Source: Lytechinus pictus (taxonomy: Eukaryota). Taken from it: a DNA stretch of 64,000 bases. The DNA is taken from assembly GCF_037042905.1 (NCBI RefSeq), contig NC_087262.1:2604001-2668000 (forward strand). The letters are read 5' to 3'. Made by a program: the position numbers and the translations under genes. This document shows positions 1-14,400 of this stretch, piece after piece. The notes below the pieces were generated by a model. It did not search any database and was not told the DNA's origin. It was given only the letters and a program-made list of their open reading frames with translations. Every line of letters starts with the position of its first letter. The first letter of the stretch is position 1.

Positions 1-11
1 ATATTAATATA

Positions 12-757
12 CAGTCCGACCTCTCTTATCCGGACACGTTGGGACCAACAACCAATCCGGATAAGGGATTTATCCGGATCTGGGAGACCCAATATTAAAT
101 ACACGCAGCTGCCTCCCCAACAGCGGTGGCTACACGTAATATATTGTAGTGGGCGTACAGACAGTATTCACTGCAGTGTCAGTGCAAATTATAGGCAGTA
201 TTTTTACGGAAAAGAAATCGATCGATGGCCAAAACTCTCGGATGATTTACCTGCCAAAATGATTGAGGTATACATCGAGCATACCTCGAAAGAAAGAATG
301 ACTCGGTGGAACTAAGTTTTACAATTAGATCATCGCGGCTGGTATCGCAGCTTCGCAATGTCAGCCATTGTTATAAATGTAGGCTCAAAAATTATAGATG
401 GCGCTGTCCGTATTGAGGCCTATAGCACTAGCTAGCGAGACATGTGTTGTTTTTTCCCGGGAAAGGAAAAGAGATTGTGATGAAATGTTTGCGCTGTGCC
501 CTCATTTACTGGAAATATATCCTGTCTAAGTTCTTTCGGTGATTTGGGCAAGATGTTTTCATGTAAAATAATGTTGTAGGTAGACTATATTGGAAAATAT
601 ATGTAATCAAAGTGAGTTTGCATATAGGATTGAGTTTAGATTGAAATCTCTTTTCCCCACATACTAGATTGAATTGGAAAAAAAAAATCTTGGCAAGTGT
701 GCGTCCGGATAATAGAGAGATCAGGATAAGGGGGGCCGGACAAGAGAGGTCGGACTG
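12..757. mobile_element. Tc1/mariner-pogo (Tigger)-type non-autonomous element
   Basis: TIR CAGTCCGACCTCTCTTRTCCGG at both ends, TA duplication (10-11, 758-759), subterminal atccggat repeats, no transposase ORF. Confidence 0.85.
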
Positions 758-1137
758 TACCATATAATATAAAAAATATGAGTTCTGCTTTGAAATGTAG
801 AATATAAAACAAAGGCAGTAATTGAGAAACTCTGAAGACAAAAAGAAATATGAATTAGGCCTTTATCAGATATGACAAAATTTGTTATTTCAGTCTTTGT
901 ATCAAGGAAAAAGAGCGCCAAGTGGAAAAAGTGCATAAGTGCCCTTGTGCTCAGATTATGACTATCCTGATAACAGTATTAGCATATCAGTATAAATCTG
1001 CAAGATTGGGGGGGGGGGAGATGATGCCACCTGCATCTGTATGACCTTGCAGAAGAATATCTTTCATGTGTCCTTGAATTTATCTGTTAACTGTAGACTC
1101 TGAAAGAATTGTGTATTACCCCCATCTTTTAAACCAG

Positions 1138-2400
1138 GGTCATCCCTCCTAGGCCATGGGCAGCAGACCACTGTTGTATCATCTTCTACTCCAGATGAAT
1201 CCTTGTACCAAAGAATGGCGAGCTCTACGGTCGCCACCACCACCACCCTTACCAATACCATCACCACCCCTGCAGGAGCTCCCAGCTCCCTAGAAACCAT
1301 GGATGCCACAGGGATCTTCAACAAGACCATCCCTTCCAACTTCTCTCCTACCAACATCGTGGCTTCCACGTCGCTACCCGACACTACCATCTCCAAGCTG
1401 GATGTAGCGGCAATGGCGCCAATCGGAGTCGGCAATGCCAAAGGCCACCATCGAACTGCAGAGGAGCAGATTCTGGAGAAGCAGCAGATCTATGCTGAAC
1501 TCCAGAAGGTGGAAAGGGAGCTGCAGCAGCGGATTGAAGTGCCGGTGATTCCAAAGGGTTTCCAAGGACAGGGTGTGGATGAAACAGAGCCCTCCAAGCT
1601 TAATCTACCAGTGTCCCTTCCAGCTGGTGCTACTGTACCGAGTAGCATCCCCTCAGCGGTAGCGTCCCAAGCAGGGATCAGTTCTGCTCCTGTAGTAAAT
1701 AGTGCTGCTGGTGTTGACCCTCCGGATAGCTCCCTGTTGGCTGGTGTCCCAGAGAGCAATAGCAATCAGTCAGGCAACCAGAAGCAGTCTGCGGTTCAGG
1801 TTCCACCTCACTTACAGCCACTCCCTCCGTCTGTGTCCGATGGTGAGGAAAGCGGGGATAACGAAGACGACTTGGCCCTCGATACCAGGGATATCCGAAT
1901 TGTATCCTCCGTCCCTTCCCAGCATGAAGACAAAGGTAGTGGGGAAAGTTCTGCTGATGTCCTTGGGGCGGGTGTCCGACACGAGCCTCTGGGATGTGAA
2001 TCCCAGTCACCGCCATCTTCATCAGTGGCACCTCCTACATATGAATCGTACAACCAAAGCAGTAACTGCAATTGCGACCCCACCACTACCTTGCCAGCAA
2101 CGGCAGCATCACCATATAACCCAGCTCTTAGTTCACAGCTCATGGGACACACCCCTCTCCTTCCCGCTCCAGCCTCCGTACCGTCACCTCTCCCGGATGT
2201 GGAGACCCTCCTCAAGGAATCGTCTGGTACCCAGGTGGACTCCACTAGTCTGGCGGCGGCAGGTATTGGTCAAGCTGTGCTGAGCAGTGGTGCAGTGCAG
2301 ATCACAGCAGGTACAAGTGCTAATAACATTGCAGGGATGTCTGGAGCCATGGTAACTGGAGCCATGGTCATTCCACATGGTTACCGGGAAGTTCATAGAG
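1138..2400 (+). CDS. ANKHD1: Mask exon: S/T/P-rich linker between the ankyrin clusters with a coiled-coil motif
   Basis: ccag acceptor at 1136-37, donor gtgagc at 2401. Contains ILEKQQIYAELQKVERELQQ, resembling the ANKRD17/ANKHD1 linker helix. Confidence 0.88.
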
Positions 2401-5400
2401 GTGAGCAAAACTTGTACTGTCCATTTATTTATTTTTCTCCACATCAACAAAAAATATGTTTAAGAAAGGGAAATACTATGTATTAAAATAAATACTAATA
2501 TTGAAATTCATTGTCACATCTGATCGATAGTATGTTAACCATTTTATGCATTAATAGTCATACCTTTCACTTGATATTTCGTTTTGAATTACTCTAAAAA
2601 TTCTCAGTCAATATTATTCTTAGCCAATCAAATATGACAAATTCAATTGTTTTGATTGTACAAGTTTCATGATATGTGGCCCTGGTTCCTCTTACTGATT
2701 AATCTGCAATTTGAACATGATTCATTTCTCTAAACCTTTGCACTCCATGTAAGGAGAATTTTCAAGGATTTGGGGTGTATCAAGTTTTGAAACATTGTGT
2801 CGACAAGAGCAAATTACCCAGTAATAACCAAAATATGGTAAACTTGTTCATGCTCGTATCAGTTGTGATTAAGCTTCTTTGTCAGCCATGATCAGGCATC
2901 AAGTGACTGGAAAAAATCAATTGATTCCAATCCAAAATCATCGAACTTCAAGTATAAGTAGCCAACAAGGGTACATACATCTCATAAAGCCAATATCCCT
3001 TCATCTGATGATTCTATACTTCATATTCACAGATGCTGAGAAGAGACCTGTTGAGTCTAAGAAGCCGGCTCGCCAAACCCAATCTGTGGGCACACAGTGC
3101 GACCGTTCCTCCATACCACACCACCACCAGGTCGTACCAGCTCCTATCATGCTGACCACCGGTGGAGCAGGGGTAGGAACCTTGGGGGCAGGGGTAACCA
3201 CCACCACCGCTGCCCTTGTCCCGTCTCCTGCCTCACCTGGTAGCTACGACCAAGCCCACTTTGCACCGCACCCGCCCGTCGAGATCGATGCCCAGACAGA
3301 GAGCAATCACGATACGGCTCTGACTATTGCGTGTGCTGGGGGACATGACGACTTGGTTCAGATGCTTCTGGAGAAGAGTGCCAACATCGAGCATCGGGAT
3401 AAGAAAGGTGGGTAACATCCTCATAGTTTACGACTTGGGATACTATGGGTGATTTCAAGGTCAGTATTGACCTATTGGTGTTGGTGTTAGGTCAATTTTT
3501 ACACGAGTATAACACCAAACATAAAATGAAGATGGTCCTGAAAAGCCACTCGCTAGTTTTTGAGATGTCAATAATGTGATCTGGATCAGCTTTACAAACT
3601 CAGAATAGATTTTGGAGCTAGGGGAAGCAATCCAAATTCCAACACCAATGCCAACACCGGACTTGAAATTACCCAACGACTTAGAATTTCCCTGTGTCTC
3701 TGTAGCATGGTGCACACTTCCACCATCCATTTGTGATCAAATATACGTTAAAAATTTTCAAGCATTTTATATGAATATTTAGAGCAATGATATCTCAACG
3801 ATCATTTCGAATATTGGAATATTGTGGAGCGTTGTGGCCCAGTGGATTAGTCTTCTGACTTTGAAACAGAGGGTCGTGGGTTCGAATCCCAGCCATGGCA
3901 TAATTTCCTTCAGCAAGAAATTTATCCACATTGTGCTGCACTCAACCGAGGTGAGGTGAAAGGGTACCCGGCAGGATTAATTCCTTGAACGCAGGAGCAC
4001 TGAAAGGCAGCTCAAGCTAAAAACGGGGTGGTAATAATCATAACATCGCGCCCTCGGAATAGAATATTTCGAGATAGATGGTGCTATATAAATGCCTATT
4101 ATTTTAATATTAATGTATGAAACTACAATAAAAACTCCAATTGATTCAGGTCTTCTATAGTAATATAAGTGAATTCAGTTCCAAATTATAATGGATTATA
4201 ACAATGAATCTTGCCATTGGCTACGATTTCAAATTGTAATTGAATTGCGCCTGCATAGTTACTCATGACTTGAAAGATTGATGATCACACATGTAGGTAA
4301 ACTGCTTTTACATGACTTTAATGGTGTCTTTCTTAACCGTTCTGTGTGCAGGGTTTACACCACTCATCTTAGCAGCCACTGCAGGCCACTATAAGACTGT
4401 GCAGATCCTCCTCAATCACAATGCAGACATTGAAGCTCAGTCTGAGAGAACCAAAGATACTCCCCTATCCCTCGCCTGCTCAGGTGGACGATACGAGGTC
4501 AGTTCCATTACCCATAATCCCGCTCTTGCTATCCAAGTATAAACACGTTTCCTACCCGTTTTAGCCTCCATAATAGTAGTATTTATAGCCTTATTAATTT
4601 CCATATGTTCTATTGTCAAATGAATTGTAATTTAGCTAAATGCTGCATTTAAATTGAATTCAACTGAATTTAATTTGTATCCCCATTTGGAGGGGTAAAA
4701 AGTGTATTATTCCATGCATGGTACACTGTTTCAATAACCAACATGTATTAAATGTGAAATGAGTGGTTTCGGCAGGGTGTGTAGCGGTCAAAGAACTTTT
4801 GGAAAGTCAAGGAATTTGAAAAAAACCCAATATATCAGATAGTTTATTGAACAGATGCAAAATTTAGGGGAAGAGAAATAGGTTAATATCTTTTGGGTAA
4901 TTATAAAAAATCACTTATCCTAAGTATTTTTGGGGTTAACCTTTCAAACTTGGCATGAATGCATAGGAATGCCGGGGTCCATGATAACACAAAGGTTAGC
5001 GATTAATCATGCACTTAATTTTCACGAATAGATTGTACAATGTCGTCAATGCGATCAGTTGTAAAAAAAATGTTCTGTGATCTTTGCTAAGCTTTGTGTT
5101 ACGGGCCCCTGGTTATATTGTTCCTTGATCTGGACGGTAGTCATGAAAGTTTCCTTTGAAACCAATGTTTTTGATTGGCTGAGAAACACTGGTCTTTTAC
5201 CAGGGTTCCTAGCCCATCAGGGAAAATGTTTTCCTGGTCATCAGTTAATTGCTCATTAAACCATTTTCCATCAGACAAGACAGAAAAGCATTTCACCAAG
5301 ACGTGAGCTGATAATTGTTTCATTAACATTTCACGTAACCTAAAATCATCCTCTGTTTCCATATGACATCTACAACAGGTTGTAGAGCTATTACTGTCAC

Positions 5401-8400
5401 ACAGTGCTAATAAGGAACATCGTAATGTATCAGACTACACCCCGCTCAGTCTGGCTGCTTCGGGTGGCTATGTTAACATCATCAAACTTCTACTCAGATA
5501 TGGAGCAGAAATCAACTCCAGGTAAGTCATGAGGCAGGTTTGGTTTATTAAATGGAAATATTTAAAAAAAAAATTACTATTGTTTTTCTCTATTCTGTCA
5601 AAATTTTAGGTTTTAAGTAAAACCAAAATTGGGATATAAGAGTTAATGTGACATCATTGTTCCCTGACTGGTGGAAGTTTAACCAAGCTTGCATAGTATT
5701 CATGTACCATGTTGGATACACTTCTTGATCATTAATGAAAAGGGTTGAGCGACAAAATATCTCACAAAATTCTTTTAAGATGCAAAAAAAATCCCGTAAA
5801 TATTGGTTTCAATACAAAATGTAATTTAGGTGAACATAAGAATGAAAAAAATAATTATGCAGCAGACATGAAAATTTTTGTATTTTTTTTTTTTTTCTTT
5901 CTTTCTGGGATTTTTATCATTGTATCCCTTTGAGAAGGACAAATATTAGTTTGGGATTTTCACCAGACTTTTATTAATGTGTATGATACTTGTTGCTAGA
6001 GCTACCTACTGCCTAAAAATATATTTTTTTTTTCAATTATTCTATCATGCAAAAGTTCATCTTGGGGGAGTATTTAAAGATATTATGCCACAAAAAAAAT
6101 GAGAGAGAGGACATATGATAAATAGTTTTTTTGTTGGTAATCTTAAATGTCTTTTTATTTTTGTCTTATGCAGAACGGGCAGTAAGCTTGGCATTTCACC
6201 CCTCATGCTGGCGGCCATGAACGGTCACACTGCAGCGGTCAAACTCCTATTGGACATGGGTAGTGACATCAATGCCCAGATTGAGACCAACCGAAACACT
6301 GCCCTCACGCTGGCTTGCTTCCAAGGTCGGACCGAGGTCGTCAGCCTGCTCGTTGATCGCAAGGCCAATGTGGAGCATAGGGCTAAGGTAATGAGAAAAA
6401 TGAATACATTTGAACTTTAGGGGTGTTTCACAAAGAATAAAGTGTGACCTAAGAGTCGAGCATAAATGCCAACGCACACACACTCACTAATCCTTAATCT
6501 TAGGCAAAAAAAAAAACTTGGTGTAACAGGCCAATGAAAATTTGGGTAGGGAGGGCGGATTGTTCGTTGTTTTTTGTCTCACCTGCATAGCAGAGTGAGA
6601 CTATAGGCGCCGCTTTTCCGACGGCGACGGCGGCGTCAACACCAAATCTTAACCTGAGGTTAAGTTTTTGAAATGACAGCATAACTTAGAAAGTATATGG
6701 ACCTAGTTCATGAAACTTGGCCATAAGGTTAATCAAGTATTACTGAACATCCTGCCTGAGTTTCATGTCACATGACTAAGGTCAAAGGTCATTTAGGGTC
6801 AATGAACTTAGACCATGTTGGGGGAATCAACATCAAAATCTTAACCTAAGGTTAAGTTTTTGAAATGTCATCATAACTTAGAAAATATATAGACCTAGTT
6901 CATGAAACTTATACATAAGGTTAATCAAGTATCACTGAACATCCTGCATGAGTTTTACGTCACATGACCAAGGTCAAAGGTCATTTAGGGTCAATGAACT
7001 TTGGCCGAATTGGGGGTATCTGTTGAATTACCATCATAACTTTGAAAGTTTATGGATCTGATTCATGAAACTTGGACATAATAGTAATCAAGTATTACTG
7101 AACATCCTGTGCAAGTTTCAGGTCACATGATCAAGGTCAAAGGTCATTTAGGGTCAATGAACTCTGGCCAAATTGGGGTATTTGTTGAATTACAGCCATA
7201 AATTTGAAAGTGTGTTGGTCTAGTTCATAAAACTTGGACATAATAGTAATCGAGTATCACTGAACATCCTGTGCGAGTTTCAGGTCACATGATCAAGGTC
7301 AAAGGTCATGTAAGGTCAAAGAACTTTGGCCACGTTGGGGGTATTTTTTGAATTGCCATCATATCTCTATAAGTGTATTGGTCTAGTTCATAAAACGTGG
7401 AAATAAGAGTAACCAAGTATCACTGAACATCTTGTGCGAATTATAGTAGTTTTCAAAATCAGCACTGCTGCTATATTGAATCGCGTGATGCAGGTGAGAC
7501 GGCCAGAGGCATTCCACTTGTTTGTAGTTGTTGTCGCCTAGACTAGATCTAGATCTATAGATCTATTTGCATACCGGTACATGAAAGTAGCAATTTATAC
7601 ACATACATACCAGTCAGTCCGCAAGCCCTGAAAAAGTAGCTTTTTTTATCCAAGTGATATTCATGACAAGAGGGTTTTTGCATAGTTAATGAGCTTGGTG
7701 CGAACCAAAACACCTCTTTTTATTCGGCCATTGCTGCTCTAAATATTGACCAAATTTCATGTTTTTGGTATCTTTGTAAAGAAGAAGAATCATTCTTTTA
7801 GGTCATGTGTTTGGATTTTTTAAAAAATGTTGTAATATAGGAAAAACTTTTGATCTAAAACATGAAATAAAATATTTTTTTTCATGCAACAAAAGTTGTT
7901 GTTTTCACACTTAATTTCTGTTTGGGCACAAATGATTTTTAAATCATGATAAAGCTGAAGATCTAAGCTTTAATATGATATAATTTTTATAAGAAGATGT
8001 ATTTTAGATGGGTCAGCAGCCAGCTTTTCATAGGCCAAGTACATTTTGCAGCTCAAAAACAAGAATACTGCGCTCTGATTGGTTATAGACTCCACACACC
8101 CACGCAAATTCCAATGTTCCCCACACTGGCCTCTGCAAGGTCACACTCACCATGTGGTAATCTCTTCAAATTACCCGCGCCTGTTTGTTTTGAAAACAGT
8201 ATTCAGCCAATCAGAACTCTGGATTTTATGTTACTCAGAAATTTCAGAAATCTCGTCTTGCATCTTGATGGAAATAACTGGCTGCTGACCCATCTAAAAG
8301 ATACCACATGTCAAGAGTGACATTGTAAGAAAGTATAGAGTTTGAGCTTTCTGATGATATAAATAATGTTGGTGCCTAAAACACAAAATGTTGCACAATT

Positions 8401-11400
8401 TGCAAGTGAAAACAGAGGAAGAAAATTCTGTTTGATGCATCTTTTCAGGTAAAAAATTCACTTATTTATCAAAATATTTCATTCAAAAGAAATGACCAAT
8501 ATAAAAGGGTAACATTTACTCTTGCCCATGGTACAAAAATAATCAATATTACTCAAGGAGAAAGTGATTAAATTCTTTGAGAAAGAAAGTCTCACAATTC
8601 ACGAGATTTTGCAGGGACATGAATTCAGCCACGAGAGGACTTGGATAAATCTTGCTCATTTGCTCATTAACACAGGGGCTTGCGGACTGACTGATACAGT
8701 GGTGTAGATAGGTCCTCAGACCCAGGGATGATCTGATGAGAGGGGTAGACCACAATATGTTCAAATAATTCTCCCCACATACACAATACACACACACACC
8801 AATATATATGGACACAGAATGAGCCAGAAATTGTTGAAATCTTGAAAGCGAAGAACATCCGGGGGTTTTTCCGCATTGTGATATTGATATTTACGCAATC
8901 GATATCGGATTAAAAAATAAAAAAGCATAGGGTCAGCGATATTTTTAGGGTCGGACGGGTTACGCCAAATAATGTTTTTGTTTTTTTGGCCTTATTGATG
9001 AATACCCAGAAGTGAGCATCCTCTGTGCATGATATGACCAATATGGTGAGGCATTTTACACTGCATGCAACCTTGAGTGTCATTTGTAATTACACTTACA
9101 TCTCTATGAATCACCACACTGTGATAAATTGTTGTGATAAATGAGGATTAATCACAACTTTGTGATGGATCTCCTTTCTGTACATAAGTGGCATGAGTTG
9201 AGATTGATCTCAAAATTATCATTGAGCTGAATCAGTCATAAGATGCCTAAGATTCAGATTTTCATCTGATAATATCTGGTTGGCTATATCATGTTACGCT
9301 ACCATTTACGATATGCATACGGTGGTCTCACATCTTCACAAATGCCTTTACATGGAGCAATGAAGGAGACCTGCCCCATTATTTAGTCAATTCTGGTACC
9401 ATTTAAACATGATGTGTGTATCACATGAGGGACTATGGGGAAAAGAACTATTATGTCTACTGTTTGCCATAGCTAAGAGCAGTTTCAGTTATATCTTTGG
9501 CCAGAAAAGAACTTCTGTCTCTAGATTTACAATCTGGATCCTAACTGGCTGGGACTGATGAAAGAGTTTTGATTTTGAAGATATCCGGCGGGCATGGTTA
9601 CGACACAAGCTAATGAAAGAGCGGAGTCTAAGCAATCATCATATCCTCCCTTTTTCCCATTTCTAGACGGGACTGACCCCTCTAATGGAGGCAGCCTCTG
9701 GTGGCTATGCAGACGTTGGGAGGGTTCTCATCTCAAAGGGAGCTGACGTCAATGCACCACCCGTACCATCCTCAAGGGACACTGCTCTGACCATTGCTGC
9801 GGACAAGGGCCACTATCGCTTTGTGGAACTACTCCTACAGCACAAGGCTGCAGTGGATGTGAAGAATAAGAAAGGGCAATCCTCACTCTGGCTTGCATGC
9901 AATGGTGAGTTAGAAAATGATACTAGATTCAACAAATTTTGCCTAGATCTTATGCTTGTGGAATAAGTTTCTGGATAAGGGAAGTTTAGGGTAAATTGAA
10001 AGATTTGGGTAAGTTTAGGATAAACGAATGATAAGTATAGAGGAAGTTGAATGATAAGTGTAATTTTAGGATAGATTGAACCAGACAATTCTATAAATCT
10101 GTCTGTCTGTCGACTAAATCACAATTTATCTCTGCTTTTCTAGTTCTTGTGATAAGGTATAAGGCTTTCATATAACACATGGCCCAAATAGTTCATGAAG
10201 TAAAGAAAAATGAATAAAAAAATGAAAATCCATATTTTATCGTTAGAAATATAAATCTTCTGAATAGTCATTTTGCTCCATTGATCTTGATCCTTGCAAC
10301 CACTGTAGGATGAGGCTCTGACATAGATGATAAATATTGATTATTTTATTGATTTATAATAACTTTTGTATCCCATTTCTCAGGCGGTCACTTTGACGTA
10401 GTGCAGCTGTTGGTGCATGCTGGTGCTGATATCGATAGCCAAGATAATCGGAAAGTCTCTTGTCTCATGGCAGCATTCAGAAAGGTAAGAAAACTCTTTA
10501 ACTATTTTTAACAATAATTGGTCTTATGAATGTATTTGAAATATTCAGGAACAACAGTACGAGGTGAAAGTTGGAAATTTAATTAGCATCATTCGACAAT
10601 AACAGGTTGTTGCTAATAAAAGAATTACCATTTCTGTACAGACTTATCATTTACTGAGGTTTCAGACAAATCTGATGGATCCGAATAATGAAGATTGTGT
10701 TGCAGAATATCTTTGTCAACAGAATTCAGATGTATTCGTTCCATGTTTATTGTTCATGAACAGACTGATGTTTTACTATTTGGGGGTTCTTCTGTATTTC
10801 TATTTTGCAAGTTTGAATGGAAAAACAACATCATTTGATTGAACATATGTGTAAAGATTTTGTAAGATTTTAAAACAAACTGACGAACGATAAAATTCCT
10901 GAGTGTTATTGCACGGAAATACCAATAACGAATTGACCAATGCATTATAGATGCTGGCTTTTTATATTTGTTATTGATATGATTAATTGCAATCGTTTGT
11001 AAAACACGGCCCAGATAGGAATGTATTCATTAAAAATACAAAGCATATAACAACTGTTCTGTTAAGTGTTTGTAGAGGATTCTTTGTAGAAGTGTTATTG
11101 ATTTTCAACCGTTTTATAGTTGTGATTGATATGATCATTTGCAACTGTGTGTGACACAGGGCCCCAGGTGGAAATCTATTCCAAATGCAAAGTGCATAAC
11201 AGCTTTGATGTTTAATTGTTGTAGAGTGTTTGTAGAGTATTCTTAGCAGAAGTGTTATTGATTGTCAAACTTTCTCCTGTTTTAGGGTCATGTGAAGGTT
11301 GTACGGTGGATGGTGAAGCATGTCAATCAGTTCCCATCGGACACGGACAGTATGAGATACATCGCTACCATCTCAGATAGGGTAAGCCATTGAAATCCTT

Positions 11401-14400
11401 CCTTTGATTGGGGAGAGAAGCCAGCATTTGGTGTTGATATAATGATTTTAGAAACGGGATACTTTTATGAGTTTTGCACAGTTGTAACAGGTGGGGAAAT
11501 CCATATGTATGTATGAGTATGACCCCTATCTGCTGGAGCTTCCTGAAATGATTTGATTCTTCATATGAATAGACGTAATGCTCTCAGATTATCAGATAGG
11601 GTAAGTGGGCCCTATTTCATCAAACTTGGAAAGCTTTAAGCCTTTGGAATCCTTCCTTTGGTGGAGAGAAGCCAGCATTTGGTGTCGGTATAATGGCTTT
11701 TGAAGTTGGATCCTGATAGGAGTTTTGAGTGTTTGTAACAAGTTGCCAATTTGTTAACGTATGTACGTCTAACCCTCAAACGGTCCATCTCTGCTTTGTT
11801 CTTCATATTTCAAGGTGTAATCCTCTCAAATTATCATGGATTGGGCAGTTCATGGAATGAAATTAACAATTTCGGCTGAAAATATAACCCATCTTCCTCT
11901 TTAATAGCAGACTCTTGATTGTCTGCAGAGAATCCATGGAGAGCTCTAGTCTTCCTGGTTATTAGGGAGGATCCCTGAAAATCTAAACATTTTTACTGTG
12001 AAAAACTTCTGAAAACTCAACATCTCCTTAATTCATGTATGATTGCTCTATAGGATTGGGATAAGTTATTTGAAAAAAATAAAGAAAATCACATTTCTAT
12101 ACTAATTCTGCTTGAAAGCTTAAAGGGCATATGAACCAGCGGCCTAAATATCCCTACCTCGAGTCCTGAACTACTCGTATCTAGCCAGTTTTATTACCCA
12201 TAATGCCACATATTCTGAAGTGTAGTCTTGTAATATAGGCCAACTTGAATGAAGGCACACAACTATGCAGTGCATTCATATCACAATAATTATGATACCA
12301 CGCAGCAAAACAAGCACGTTTCCACTCAAATACCTTTCAGGCTCTAACACCAATAAAATTATTAGTCATTTTACCCTCTATATTAGTAATAGTTATCTCA
12401 AAAAGTATATTTTAAGACTAGCCATTTATATCACTCAGTCAATAGGACACAACACAGTGTTGGCCAGTTCACTCCCCCTTTAAAGGTAAATGCTAGTTTT
12501 GGTAATGATATCAAAATGAGTTCGTACAGAATCCAATGAAATGACCACCAAAGTGTCTGTTTGTATAAATAAAACGCATGTGCCAAAGGATTCTGGAAGA
12601 AATTGTGTAATTGCTGAGAAATCAGCAAATAAGCACAGGATTCGGGTAGAGCGTCGGGCCCGACGCTCAAAGCAATAATTATACACTGTCCCACGTGCGC
12701 TTATCTGTGTTGGGGAAGTTCAGTCTGAACATTTTTCAGCGTAGATTTCAAGATTTCACAAAGTTCAGTTTATGTAACTGTACCAGATCTAGATCCTCGA
12801 TGATATACTGACAATTAAGCCTTGTTTTACAGACTTTTTCGTGTCATGAAATCAGTGTTGACTGCAACTACTGGAATTTCTCTTTAATGCTTACTGATGT
12901 AGTTGGGCCTGACATTAGTCATATCCTTGATTATCTGTCTATTACAGGAGGTTCTGAAGAAATGCCAGCAGTGCATGGAGATCATTGTAGTTGCTAAGGA
13001 ACGTCAAGCAGCTGAAGCTAATAAACATGCTAACATCCTCCTAGAGCAGCTAGAGTCAGAGAAGGTAAGAGATCTGGGCCCCGTCTTACAAAGAGTTACG
13101 ATTGATCCGATCAATCACAACTATGGACGGCCTGCAACGTCAACATCTATTATTCATGTTTGCTCAAAATATTTTCCAACTATGATGTATATTCATGCAT
13201 TCATTGTTTTCTTGAAAATTTACTGTGCTTCTCTTTGTTTGCAAAGGACATTGTGCCAATTTCCTCTAGAAAAAATTATGACACTGATGGATTTCCATAG
13301 AGTTGATTGGATCAATTGTAACTCTTTGTAAGACGGGGCCCTGATGGGTGTTTCATAATACTGTTTGCAAAGTTACGCGTGACTGGAACATGTTCTTAGT
13401 TGCCAAGACAGGATTCAGTCACAACTCAGAGCAACGACTGACCGATTAGGAGCCTGCCTGGAGCTGGAATTTAGGCATCGCCCAACGATTTTTGTAGAAG
13501 TCGAGCGGGCTGTAAAGACTTATGGATGGCCGAGCAGTGCCCTGTCCATTACTCAAGGCCAAATCGGGGAACGTTTCCGTTTGGCGTCTGAGCAGTGATC
13601 AGCTGACGAACCACCGATTCCTGGTCTATTTCCCACTGGCCACCGGCCTATTTTTAAGTAATCGCCCGGCCGATCTTGAATTCATCGCGAGATCATTGAC
13701 CGATCTCTGAGCGGCCAGCGGCGGCCCAGTTTCCGCTCGACAGCTTTTAATCCGAGTACAATTTTTTACCTAAATGGTTCAACGGCAACCACTTCATTAC
13801 GTCGACGCCCAGACGGCGACCACCTGGGCACCAAGCATATTAGGGCCGCGAGTGAAAAGTGAGCGGGCACGCCAAAATTTAACTCCGTGTTCAATCTTGA
13901 GCGGCGACCGAGCGATGCCCCAATATTCAATGGTGCCTGGACGGTGACCAGGCGAAATTGGCTAAAAACTTGCCACCTGGTCATCGAGCAGGCTAATTTT
14001 GGGGGTTGTGACACCTTAGCATCAGCTACGTGTGTATATATTTTTTAGGACAAGAAGGGATCATCAGTCATATGTAAAGTCTTCTGTAACTTACAAATAG
14101 CCACCCATAATCAAGGTTTCTATGATAGTTACCAAAAGACAAAGTTACCATAATTGTAAGTCGTTATGAAAGTGGCCCTTGACAATGGATCCAATCGTTC
14201 TTTGTGTGTCAAAAATTTTGAATTTAAAATGTTAAAACACAAGAAGATCATACAAACCCTTGGGAAATTACAATTACCCCTCATATTTTTCCTTTTTTTT
14301 TTCGTATTTAGACAAGAGAGGAGAGCCGCAAAATGGCAGCTGCAAAACGGCGCGAGAAGAAGAAAAAGAAGCGAAAGGAGAAGCAGCAGAAAGGAGGACC

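Larger units (their letters stand above)
6503..8991. mobile_element. PIF/Harbinger-like MITE hosting two nested insertions
   Basis: Ends GGCAAAAAA..TTGGTGTAAC / GTTACGCCAA..TTTTTTGGCC, flanked by TTA on both sides (6500-02, 8992-94). Confidence 0.6.

Noticed and set aside
1064-2450. Antisense and alternate-frame ORFs over large exons (also 21384-22483, 47300-47643)
   Set aside because: Shadows of GC-richer coding sequence with no recognisable protein features.
3824-3900. tRNA-like sequences here and at 16360, 24820, 50960-51110 and 56400-56468
   Set aside because: A and B boxes are present, but acceptor stems do not pair and each continues into a shared repeat body: SINE heads, not tRNA genes.
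6660-7440. Regularly spaced repeats as a CRISPR array (also 44873-45020)
   Set aside because: Units are contiguous and homologous along their length with no unique spacers; no cas genes; eukaryotic intronic context.
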